A DNA stretch of 39,963 nucleotides from an uncultured Alphaproteobacteria bacterium (GTDB lineage Bacteria; Pseudomonadota; Alphaproteobacteria; GCA-002720895): contig CAYOOR010000112.1 of NCBI GenBank assembly GCA_964405695.1, positions 1-39,963 of the forward strand, given 5' to 3'. This document shows, one piece after another, positions 21,024-29,835 of the stretch. The notes below the pieces were generated by a model. It ran no database searches, was not told the origin of the DNA, and saw only the letters and a list, made by a program, of their open reading frames with translations. Both the position numbers and the translations under genes were made by a program. Numbering within the stretch: the first letter of the stretch is position 1; every line of letters begins with the position of its first letter.

Positions 21024-22076
21024 TTATTTTTTTATTTTAAGATTATCAATCTTAGCTTTATCTAAATCAGATATCTTACCAATATCAATCCAATAATCTG
21101 AAAATAAAAAAGCATTAATTTTCTTTTTTTTTTCAAAACCTAATTCAACGAGTTCAGGAAAATCTAATATTTTTTTTTCTTTTACTAATTTTACAGCTTC
21201 CTTACTTAATATATATATTCCTGTATTAATTAAACTTTTATAGGTTGGTTTTTCAACAATATTTGTAACTCTTGTTTTTTTAACTGAAACAACACCAAAA
21301 TCATTTTTCATCTCATGATATTTAACAGCAATAGATAAAAAAGGATTATGTTTTGTATGAAATTCAAAAAAAGAATTAAAATCTAATGTAGTCAATATAT
21401 CACCATTTATTATTAAAATTGGATAATTAACTTTCTCTTTTATTAACGAAAGAGAACCAATAGTGCCCAATGGTTTTTTTTCTTCTAAATAGTTTATTTT
21501 TATTCCTGAACTTTCATTAGATTTTAAAAAATGTTTTATTTTATTTTTTTTATAATTTATAGAAATATAAAAATTTTTAAAACCTTGTGATGTGCAATTT
21601 TCCAATATATTCATTAATAATGGTTTACCACCAATTTCAACCATTGTTTTAGGTTTATTATATGTTATAGGTCTCAATCTCTTTCCAAGACCTCCTGCCA
21701 TAATAACAACTGTATTTTTTTTTTCTTTAGTAGTCCAAACTTCATCAATTGATTTTATATCTTTTAATTTTCTATCCTTATCAATAATAATTACTTGTTT
21801 GATAATATTAGATTTCATAATTTGGGAAATTTCTGCATTACTCCTATTTTCATTAACAAGAATTGGATTTTTATTCATTATTTTTGAAAGTTGCAAATTA
21901 GTATTAAAATTTTTAATTAATGATCTTCTAATATCCCCATCGGTAACAGTTCCAAGTATTTTATTATTTTTATTTTTAATAATTATTATTTTATAAATAC
22001 TAAATTCTAGTATTTTTAAAGCATCTTGAATTGTATTTTCAGGATTTAATTGGTTTTTTTTTATATTATAAATCAT
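21024..22076 (-). CDS. CBS-domain sugar-phosphate nucleotidyltransferase (PtmE-like)
   Basis: 350 aa. It has the CBS-type GTVTDGDIRRSL followed by the NTP-transferase motif VIMAGGLGKRLRPIT. Confidence 0.75.
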   Translation of the reverse strand: MIYNIKKNQLNPENTIQDALKILEFSIYKIIIIKNKNNKILGTVTDGDIRRSLIKNFNTNLQLSKIMNKNPILVNENRSNAEISQIMKSNIIKQVIIIDKDRKLKDIKSIDEVWTTKEKKNTVVIMAGGLGKRLRPITYNKPKTMVEIGGKPLLMNILENCTSQGFKNFYISINYKKNKIKHFLKSNESSGIKINYLEEKKPLGTIGSLSLIKEKVNYPILIINGDILTTLDFNSFFEFHTKHNPFLSIAVKYHEMKNDFGVVSVKKTRVTNIVEKPTYKSLINTGIYILSKEAVKLVKEKKILDFPELVELGFEKKKKINAFLFSDYWIDIGKISDLDKAKIDNLKIKK

Positions 22077-22077
22077 T

Positions 22078-23625
22078 TTATGAAAAAATTAATTTGTGAA
22101 AAGTTTTATCTTTTCTAAGTTTATAAGAATTAATAATTGCATTTTTTAAATTTTTTTCACTAAAATTTGGCTTGTTTTTTTTATCAATGTTTATTTTTAA
22201 GAGGGATACTCTTTTTTTTAAAATTAAAGTATCTTTTTTAGTTAATTTATAAAAATCTACATCATTTAAAATTATTGGTAAATCTGTTTTTATCGCATGA
22301 CTCCAAGTATTTGTACTTCTGTAATCAAAAAATAAATAATCATACTTATAACAAATAGCTTCAAAGGGTTCATTTTCAATTTCAATTTTTACTAATGATA
22401 ATATTCTTTTAACTATTTCTTTATTACAATCAGGATGAGGTTTATAAATAACTTGATAACCTAATTTTTTTAAAGCACCTAATATTCTAATATGCCAATC
22501 AATTAAAATAGGTGGTGGAAAAAAAGTAATGCATAACCCTTGATTTAATAAAAAGGGAGGAGAAACGAATAATATTTTTTTCCCCTCTCTTTTTTTTTAT
22601 ATTTTTTTAATTGTATTTTTTTTTTTAATTAATAATAATGATTTCAATTTTAATTTTGAATGAGAAGATTTGCTATATTTCATAAATTTAAAATAGTAAT
22701 TAATATGTTTCTTGTTAAATGTAAAAAAAATATCTGAACTATTAGATTCAGCAAATAAACTTGTTGAGGTATTAATAGAAAAATCACCAACAGAATGATC
22801 GAAGTTAAAAACCTTTCCTCCATTTTTTTTTACTGCAGCTGCAAGAATTCTACACCAAATTATCCCTAATGACCCTGTTAATAATAACTTGGGTAATTTA
22901 TCTTTTACTTTATCTAATCTAGTAAGATACAAATTTACCCAAAAAAAATATTCTAGAATCCACTTTTTAAAATCATTTAATTCTTTTTTTGTAAGTCTAC
23001 ATTCTAATTTAATAAATTCTTTTTCTACTTTATTTAAAAAAAAATTTATTAAATTTAGATTCAATTTTTTTTTTTTTTTAGAATTAAATAATTAATAAGT
23101 TTTTTTATAAAACCATTCATATAAAGGAACTAAATAAAAAGTTTTTTTTTGATTATTTAAATATTCTTTAATCAAGGGATTATTTGATACAACTATATTT
23201 AATTCTTTTTTTTTTATTTTTTCTAGTCTTCTGTATGAAAAAACTTTTTTTGGATAAAAATTTTTTAATAATCTTAAATATCTAATTAATTTATTTTTTT
23301 TTTTTAATCCCTTTTGAAGATGTAAATGTTCAAATGAACCTTTGGTTTCTAAGCTAAATAATAATTTCTGAGTTTTATTATCATACTTATTTATTAAATT
23401 TTTAATTTTTTTTTCATGATATAAAATAAATAATTTTTGTGTTATGTAAATTTGTAAACAACTAAATATTTCAAAATCCTGTATCTTATTTTTAAAAAAA
23501 AAATTTTCTGAATCTAAAAAAATTTTTTTAATTTTATTACTGATTTTTTCATAATCACTATACTTTATCGGCCAATAAATATCTTTTATACCACTTTCAG
23601 TTAAATGTAATTTTCTTAATTGCAA
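22078..23625 (-). pseudogene. One 516-codon reading frame for an uncharacterised surface-carbohydrate transferase-like protein, cut by two in-frame TAA codons
   Basis: Segments 23625-23095, 23091-22600 and 22596-22081 are all in the same frame (coordinate mod 3 = 1). The stops are at 23094-23092 and 22599-22597. The third segment (KKREGKKILFVSPPFLLNQG...KLIFS*) has no ATG/GTG/TTG start, and the first two start only at TTG. Confidence 0.5.
23065..23079 (-). repeat. Homopolymer A15 on the coding strand, just downstream of the first in-frame stop
   Basis: Counted directly: 15 consecutive t at 23065-23079. Confidence 0.9.
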
Positions 23626-23645
23626 TTTGATTTTTTAAACTTTAA

Positions 23646-24800
23646 TTATTTAATTAAATTTTTTAATTTATATTTTGTACCAACTTTTTTCCAAATATGA
23701 TTTGATCTCCAACTGTTTATAACATCCCAAAACAGATCTTCTTTAATATTTAAATATTCTAAAAAAAATTTAAAATTTTTTCCGGGAAATTCATCATCAT
23801 ATTTCCTTACTAATGAAACACCTTCATCCCTTGTAATTTTTCCATCTCTTATTTCATGAGCACTATCTGAAGTAGCTCTACCAATACCAAATTTTATAAA
23901 CCCTAGATAATAATGAAAACCATCAAGTTTATCGTCTAAACTTGCGTATCTAGAATAAGTTGATTCACTTCTGACTGGATTTAATTTAAAATTTGTATTT
24001 TTAGCACAATAATAATAATTTTCTTGGGGATCCCAAAAATGATAATAGCCAAAAAAATGTTGTTCAATTCCAATTTTTTTAATACTTTTAATATCAGGCG
24101 CATCATATATTTCTAAATCGCTTGAATTAATTTTATATTTTTTCCAAAATTTTAAAGGATAACTGGAAAAATAATGCTTATTTGCATAATTAACTTTTTT
24201 CATAGGTTGATATGCGTTAGTCATATCACCGCCATATTCAACTTCTCCATTCTCCCCATAAAAAATCAATGGTATTTCGTGTTGCACAGCTACTCGTAAT
24301 GGAAAATTTGCTTGACCATATACAAAACCTTGAAAAGGTTCGCCAAGAACAATAAAGCCTAATTTAGCTAAACGTCTATTCACTATTCCATCAGGTTTTC
24401 CTAAAATATTATCAAGTCCTGCGTCAACTAAACCAGTATAATTTTTTAAACCAATATCTGTCCAGGCATTAGGTGACCAAGTAGCAGTAAGTGGCTTCAT
24501 TCCATACTTTGCTTTAAGTATATGAGCAACATATCCGCTGTCTTTCCCGCCGCTTGATGGAACTACGCAATCATGTTTATTTGTTTTAGATCTATGTTTA
24601 TCTAATAATCTTAATAATTCTTCATCTCTTTTAAACCAATTGACTTTTCTTTTATATTTAGCAAAATTACATGCACTGCAAACATTATTCTTGTCAAAAG
24701 TTATTCTTGGTCTTTGATTACTCATTGTACAAAGTTTACAAAATTGAACCTTTTTCGGTAAATTATATAATTTAATTACATTCTTTTTTATAATTTTCAT
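23646..24800 (-). CDS. N-acetyl sugar amidotransferase (WbpG/PseA family), copy 2
   Basis: 384 aa. Motifs: CKLCTMSNQRP...CSAC and the PP-loop CVVPSSGGKDS. It is clearly paralogous to 18108-19295. Confidence 0.85.
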   Translation of the reverse strand: MKIIKKNVIKLYNLPKKVQFCKLCTMSNQRPRITFDKNNVCSACNFAKYKRKVNWFKRDEELLRLLDKHRSKTNKHDCVVPSSGGKDSGYVAHILKAKYGMKPLTATWSPNAWTDIGLKNYTGLVDAGLDNILGKPDGIVNRRLAKLGFIVLGEPFQGFVYGQANFPLRVAVQHEIPLIFYGENGEVEYGGDMTNAYQPMKKVNYANKHYFSSYPLKFWKKYKINSSDLEIYDAPDIKSIKKIGIEQHFFGYYHFWDPQENYYYCAKNTNFKLNPVRSESTYSRYASLDDKLDGFHYYLGFIKFGIGRATSDSAHEIRDGKITRDEGVSLVRKYDDEFPGKNFKFFLEYLNIKEDLFWDVINSWRSNHIWKKVGTKYKLKNLIK

Positions 24801-25879
24801 TTTTTATTTCTAAAATTTTCTTTAATTAATTCATCAAAATTATAATTTCTAGAAGACTTTTTTCCTAATAAATTCCAAAAATACATTGGGCTAATCCCTC
24901 TACCTGATCTTTTAGTACTTATATTTTTTTTGGTAAATTTCTTTCCTTTTTTTATCTTTTGTAAAGCAATAATACTTTTTCTTGAAACATAAGAATTAGA
25001 TTTTTCTTCTTTAGTTATTTCTCTTTTCAATTTACCTAAAGAGATTTCTGTAAGCCTTATAGAATTAACCATTTCAGAAAATTCTCTTTTATTAAAGGAT
25101 GATGAATGATCGGGGCCTGAATCATTTTTATTTAACGTTAAATGCTTTTCAATAATATTAGCTCCTAAAGCTACAGCTATAGTAGAACTTATTATATTTG
25201 TACTATGATCAGAAAAACCAACTTCAAGATTAAAAATTTTTTTTAAATTCTTAATGTTATTTAAATTAACATTAGATGTTGATACTGGATATTCAGAATT
25301 ACAATGCATTAAAATAATTTTATTTTTTATTTTTTTTTTGTTTTTTTTATATGCATTAATAAAATTTAAATTATTTATTTTTTTTTTCAGAAATGAATGT
25401 GTTAAAACATCTAAAGCTAAATTTATGTCTTTTATAGTTGACATTCCAGTTGATAAAAAAACTTTCTTACAATTTAGTCCAATATAATTTAATAATGGTG
25501 CATTTGTGATCTCTCCAGACGGAATTTTAATTATTCTTGTTTTAAGTTTTTTAATTAAAAACTTAGCACTATCTAAGTCAAATGGAGATGAAATAAACTT
25601 AATACCTAATTTATCAGCATATTTTTTTAATTTAATGAAAGAACTTTGAGATAATTGGTTTTTTTTTAACAATTCAAATTGATTTTTAAAAAATGAATTT
25701 TTTCTTTGATAATTCGCTAATTTTGAATTTTTAACCACTATATTACTTGTAATATAAGTTTGAAACTTAACTGCATCCGCGCCAGCACTGTAAGCAATTT
25801 TTATTAAATTTTTAGCTTTTTTTTCAGAACCATTATGGTTAATACCTATTTCCGCAATAATAAAAGTTTTTTTAATCAT
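24797..25879 (-). CDS. neuB: N-acetylneuraminate/legionaminate synthase (NeuB/LegI-like)
   Basis: 360 aa. Motifs: FIIAEIGINHNGSEKKAKNLIKIAYSAGADAVKFQTY and GFSDHS. Confidence 0.85.
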   Translation of the reverse strand: MIKKTFIIAEIGINHNGSEKKAKNLIKIAYSAGADAVKFQTYITSNIVVKNSKLANYQRKNSFFKNQFELLKKNQLSQSSFIKLKKYADKLGIKFISSPFDLDSAKFLIKKLKTRIIKIPSGEITNAPLLNYIGLNCKKVFLSTGMSTIKDINLALDVLTHSFLKKKINNLNFINAYKKNKKKIKNKIILMHCNSEYPVSTSNVNLNNIKNLKKIFNLEVGFSDHSTNIISSTIAVALGANIIEKHLTLNKNDSGPDHSSSFNKREFSEMVNSIRLTEISLGKLKREITKEEKSNSYVSRKSIIALQKIKKGKKFTKKNISTKRSGRGISPMYFWNLLGKKSSRNYNFDELIKENFRNKK

Positions 25880-25885
25880 TTTTAA

Positions 25886-27046
25886 TTAATTTTTAGAAAA
25901 AAATTTTTTAAGAAGTACTTTATCTAAATTTATTTTTTTAATTTGTTTTATTATTTTCCCTGATGTATTTCCATCGCCATAAAATTTTTTAAATTTATTT
26001 ATTTTTGTTTTAAATTGATTTGATATTGCTACTTGAATTGATTTGATTATTTCTTTTTTATCTGTTTTACAATTAATAATAGATTTGGACATTAATCTAC
26101 CTGACTGCCTAGTTCCGATATTTATTGTTGGTTTTTTGAAATATGGTGCATCTATAATACCACTAGATGAATTCCCTATAACAGCTGATGAATAATTCAT
26201 AATATTTAAATATAAATCACCTCCTAAATTTTCGGTAAAAAAAACTTTATTTAAATTTTTTTTTTTAAATTCTTTTATTTTTTTAATAATATAATTGTAT
26301 TTTGAATCAAAGCCCGGGCATGTAAAAACAAAATTATAATTTTTAAAGTATTTTAATGATTTAATTACTTCATTTATTAATTTTTTAGTTTCATTCTGAT
26401 CTATCGTATTAGGATGAACACAAATTAAAAAATATTCTAAATCTGATTTAAAATTTAAAATTTTTTTTATATTTTTGTAGTTTATTTTTTTCATTAATTT
26501 TATTCTTTCTGCAGAAAGTGATCCGACATTAAATACTTTTTTTGGATCTTCACCCATTTGAATAACATTTCTTTTATATTGATCTGATGCTACAAAATGA
26601 AAATGCGACATTTTTGTTATTGAATGTCTTATACTATTATCAATTGACCCTTTTGTTATTTCACCGCCATGTAAATGAATAATAGGAATATTTTGAAACA
26701 TAGCGCTTATAGCTACTGAAAGTATTTCATATCTATCACCAAATAAAATAATAGCATCAGGTTTAATTTTACAAACCTGACTATTTATTTTTTCTGATAA
26801 AATATTAAAAATATTAGACATTGGTAAATTCTTTATATTTTTTGATATTTTTATTTCTTTAACAAAATTATATTTTTCTTTATAAATATCTTTTATAGAA
26901 TATCCGAATTCTTTTAAATGATGATTTCCGGTTACTATCAATGTTAATGATAAACTTTTTTCTTTTTTTATCTGATCAATTAATATTTTTTGTAAATAAA
27001 AATCAGATCTTGATACTGACACAAATAAAATTTTTTTTATTCTCAC
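25886..27046 (-). CDS. neuC: UDP-/GDP-N-acetylhexosamine 2-epimerase (hydrolysing), NeuC/LegG-like, copy 1
   Basis: 386 aa with a GTG start. Motif region: GDRYEILSVAISAMFQNIPIIHLHGGEITKGSIDNSIRHSITKMSHFHF. Confidence 0.85.
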   Translation of the reverse strand: MRIKKILFVSVSRSDFYLQKILIDQIKKEKSLSLTLIVTGNHHLKEFGYSIKDIYKEKYNFVKEIKISKNIKNLPMSNIFNILSEKINSQVCKIKPDAIILFGDRYEILSVAISAMFQNIPIIHLHGGEITKGSIDNSIRHSITKMSHFHFVASDQYKRNVIQMGEDPKKVFNVGSLSAERIKLMKKINYKNIKKILNFKSDLEYFLICVHPNTIDQNETKKLINEVIKSLKYFKNYNFVFTCPGFDSKYNYIIKKIKEFKKKNLNKVFFTENLGGDLYLNIMNYSSAVIGNSSSGIIDAPYFKKPTINIGTRQSGRLMSKSIINCKTDKKEIIKSIQVAISNQFKTKINKFKKFYGDGNTSGKIIKQIKKINLDKVLLKKFFSKN

Positions 27047-27049
27047 TTT

Positions 27050-27641
27050 TTATATTTTATTTTTAGATATTGTTTGTCCTGCTTTTATAAAAATATTAGA
27101 ACCTATTTTGATATTAGGAGTAATTATTGTACCGGCTCCTATTAATGTATTATTTCCAATACTTACGTTTCCACATATAACTGCTCCTGGAGCAATATGT
27201 ACATTTTCTCCAATTTTACAATCATGATCTATTAAAGCTCCTGTATTTATTATCGAATTTTTTCCTATACTACATCCTGGTTGAATTATAACACCAGCCA
27301 TTATTTGAGATCCTTCATCAAAATAAACATCGTCAGAAATAATAGAAGTTGGATGTTTTAATTCTAAAAAATTAAAATTTTTTTTTTTAAATAATTCATA
27401 AACTTTTCTCCTTTTACTTTTATCTTTACTAAAACCAATGCCATTTATTAAAAAAATTTTATTTGAAGAATAATTTAAAATAGATTCATCATTTCCAAGA
27501 TATTTACAATTCTTAATTTTTTTTTTTTTTATTTTTATCAATGAAACCAATTATTCTTAACCCTTTCTTTTTTAATACATCAAACAAAACTTTTGAATGC
27601 CCTCCTCCTCCTATTAAAATAATTGATTTATTCTTTATCAT
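27050..27641 (-). pseudogene. NeuD/PglD/LegH-like hexapeptide-repeat acetyltransferase, frameshifted at an A14 tract
   Basis: The ATG at 27641 overlaps the upstream TGA as ATGA. It gives MIKNKSIILIGGGGHSKVLFDVLKKKGLRIIGFIDKNKKKKN*. The left-handed beta-helix part (GKNSIINTGALIDHDCKIGENVHIAPGAVICGNVSIG) lies in another frame (ORF 27050-27550). A tract of A13 would fuse the two. Confidence 0.7.
27517..27530 (-). repeat. Homopolymer A14 on the coding strand at the frameshift point
   Basis: Counted directly: 14 consecutive t at 27517-27530. Confidence 0.9.
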
Positions 27642-28819
27642 TTCTTACTAAATAATATCGGACTACTAGGTAAGCAAATTAAATTTTTATTAATAATATC
27701 AATATTTTCTAATTTCATTGACGGATATTTTTTATACATTGGCAACTTATGTATTGGAAACCAAATAGGTCTACAATGAACATATCGTTTTTCTAAATCT
27801 GATAATATTTTATTTCTTATTTTTAAAGAATTTTTTTTTAAAAAAATAATATTTAACCAATTATTTCTTTTAGTATTTAATGGTTCTTTAAAAAAATTTA
27901 TTTCCTGAAACTTATGAAAATAATTTTGATAAAATTTAGTTAATAATTTTTTTCTTTTTAAAAAATTTTTCAATTTTTTTATTTGAGCACAACCAATAGC
28001 AGCATTAATATTGGGCATTCTATAATTGTATCCAACTTGATCATGAAAAAAATCAGTTCTTTTTATTTTTTTTGCAACATTTGATAAATGTTTTGCTTTT
28101 TCAAAAATTTTTTTATTATTTGTTAATATCGCTCCACCAGCACCTGTTGTAATAATTTTGTTTCCATTAAAACTTAATGCTGAAATTGTTCCAAAATTGC
28201 CAACATGTTTTTTTTTATAATAGGACCCAACCCCCTCGGCAGCATCTTCAACTAAATCAATTTTAAAAAGTTTTGCTAATTTCAATAATTCATTCATATT
28301 AGCAGGAGTACCGTAAACATGCGTAACGATTAAAGCTTTAATATAATTATTAGTATTTAAATTTTTTAAACCTTTTGAAGTTTGTCGAGTATTTTTATTT
28401 AAATATTCAATTAATTTTATTGCATCAACACCTAAAGTATTCAATTCAGAATCAACAAAATGCGGAGTTGCATTACAATACTTTATAGCATTAACAGTAG
28501 CTACAAAAGTTAAGGTTGGGACAAGTACTTCATCATTTTTTTTAACACCAATTGATTTTAAAGCTATATGTAAAGCCGAAGTGCCACTATTTAATAATAA
28601 AATATTTTTACATTTTATAATTTTTTTTAATTCATTCTCAAATTTTGAAATAAACTCTCCAGTTGTAGACACCCATCCAGTTTTCAAACAATTTCTTGAA
28701 AATTTAATTTCATCATTACCTATTTCTGGCTCATGTAATGCAAAATATTTGAAATTTCTTTTTTTTGCTACCAATTTAACAGCATTATGAATGTTTTCAG
28801 ATATTTTTAGATAATTCAT
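27638..28819 (-). CDS. DegT/DnrJ/EryC1-family PLP aminotransferase (LegC-like)
   Basis: 393 aa. Motifs: HEPEIGNDEIKF...TGWVSTTGEFISKFE and SFNGNKIITTGAGGAI (the Lys motif). Confidence 0.85.
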   Translation of the reverse strand: MNYLKISENIHNAVKLVAKKRNFKYFALHEPEIGNDEIKFSRNCLKTGWVSTTGEFISKFENELKKIIKCKNILLLNSGTSALHIALKSIGVKKNDEVLVPTLTFVATVNAIKYCNATPHFVDSELNTLGVDAIKLIEYLNKNTRQTSKGLKNLNTNNYIKALIVTHVYGTPANMNELLKLAKLFKIDLVEDAAEGVGSYYKKKHVGNFGTISALSFNGNKIITTGAGGAILTNNKKIFEKAKHLSNVAKKIKRTDFFHDQVGYNYRMPNINAAIGCAQIKKLKNFLKRKKLLTKFYQNYFHKFQEINFFKEPLNTKRNNWLNIIFLKKNSLKIRNKILSDLEKRYVHCRPIWFPIHKLPMYKKYPSMKLENIDIINKNLICLPSSPILFSKK

Positions 28820-28852
28820 AATTAAAATATTTAAATTTCAATAGAAAAGTAT

Positions 28853-29830
28853 TTATATATTATATTGATTTTTGTAATAGCTAAGATTTTCAGGATTATT
28901 AAACCAATTTAAAGTTTTTTCTAGTCCTTCATTAATGTTTACTTTAATTTTCCAATTAGTTTTTTTTATTAATTTTCTATTATCACATACTAAATTAGCG
29001 ACTTCACTATCAATAGGTCTTTTTCTTTTTTTATCAATTTTAATTTTTATATTTAAATTTAATATTTTTTCTAAAGACATAACCATTTCTTTCACAGATA
29101 AACTTTTTTTTGAACCAACATTTACAATTTCTCCAATAATTTTATTAGATTTAAATATTTCTAAAAATGCTGAACAAACATCTGACACATATATTAAATC
29201 TCTTTTTGTATTAATATTTCCAAGATAAATTTCTCTTTTTCTTTGTAAAATCTGAGAAATAATCGTAGGTATAATAGCTCTAGCAGATTGTCTTGGTCCA
29301 TACGTGTTAAAAGGTCTTGCAATTTTAACTGGCAAATTAAAAGATCTAAAATAACTTAATGATAATTGATCCGCAGCAACTTTTGATGCAGCGTATGGTG
29401 ATTGTGCGTTGATGGGATGAATTTCATTAATAGGAGTATATTGTGCAGAACCATAAATTTCGCTTGTGGATGTTATAATTACTTGATCAACTTCTTTGTG
29501 TTTCGAAGCCTCAAGAATATTATAAGTTCCTTCAACATTTGTTTTAATATAAGCTAAAGGAGAAATATATGAATATGGTATTCCAATCAAAGCTGCTAAA
29601 TGAATAATATTTGAAGATTTTTTTACAACATTTAATACTGAATCATAATCACGTATGTCCCCTAAAATCATTTCAAAATCATTTTTATATTTACTATTTT
29701 CTAACCAACCCCAATTATTAAAACTGTTATAACGATCAAAAGCTATTACTTTAAAACCTTTTTCAACAAAAAATTCAACTAAGTGTGATCCAATAAAACC
29801 AGCTGCACCAGTTATTAATACTTTTTTCAT
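28853..29830 (-). CDS. NAD-dependent sugar-nucleotide 4,6-dehydratase/epimerase (LegB-like SDR)
   Basis: 325 aa. Motifs: ITGAAGFIGSHL, YNSFNNWGWLE, YAASKVAADQL. Confidence 0.8.
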   Translation of the reverse strand: MKKVLITGAAGFIGSHLVEFFVEKGFKVIAFDRYNSFNNWGWLENSKYKNDFEMILGDIRDYDSVLNVVKKSSNIIHLAALIGIPYSYISPLAYIKTNVEGTYNILEASKHKEVDQVIITSTSEIYGSAQYTPINEIHPINAQSPYAASKVAADQLSLSYFRSFNLPVKIARPFNTYGPRQSARAIIPTIISQILQRKREIYLGNINTKRDLIYVSDVCSAFLEIFKSNKIIGEIVNVGSKKSLSVKEMVMSLEKILNLNIKIKIDKKRKRPIDSEVANLVCDNRKLIKKTNWKIKVNINEGLEKTLNWFNNPENLSYYKNQYNI

Positions 29831-29835
29831 AATAC

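Noticed and set aside
23646-24800. Patches with visibly higher G+C than their surroundings, as possible recent horizontal acquisitions. Examples are the second amidotransferase, NeuC copy 2, RmlA/RmlB and the LegB-like gene.
   Set aside because: The richer patches coincide with the most conserved catalytic enzymes. The poorest regions are poorly conserved transferases and linkers. Selective constraint explains the pattern without invoking transfer. Testing it properly would need genome-wide codon statistics.
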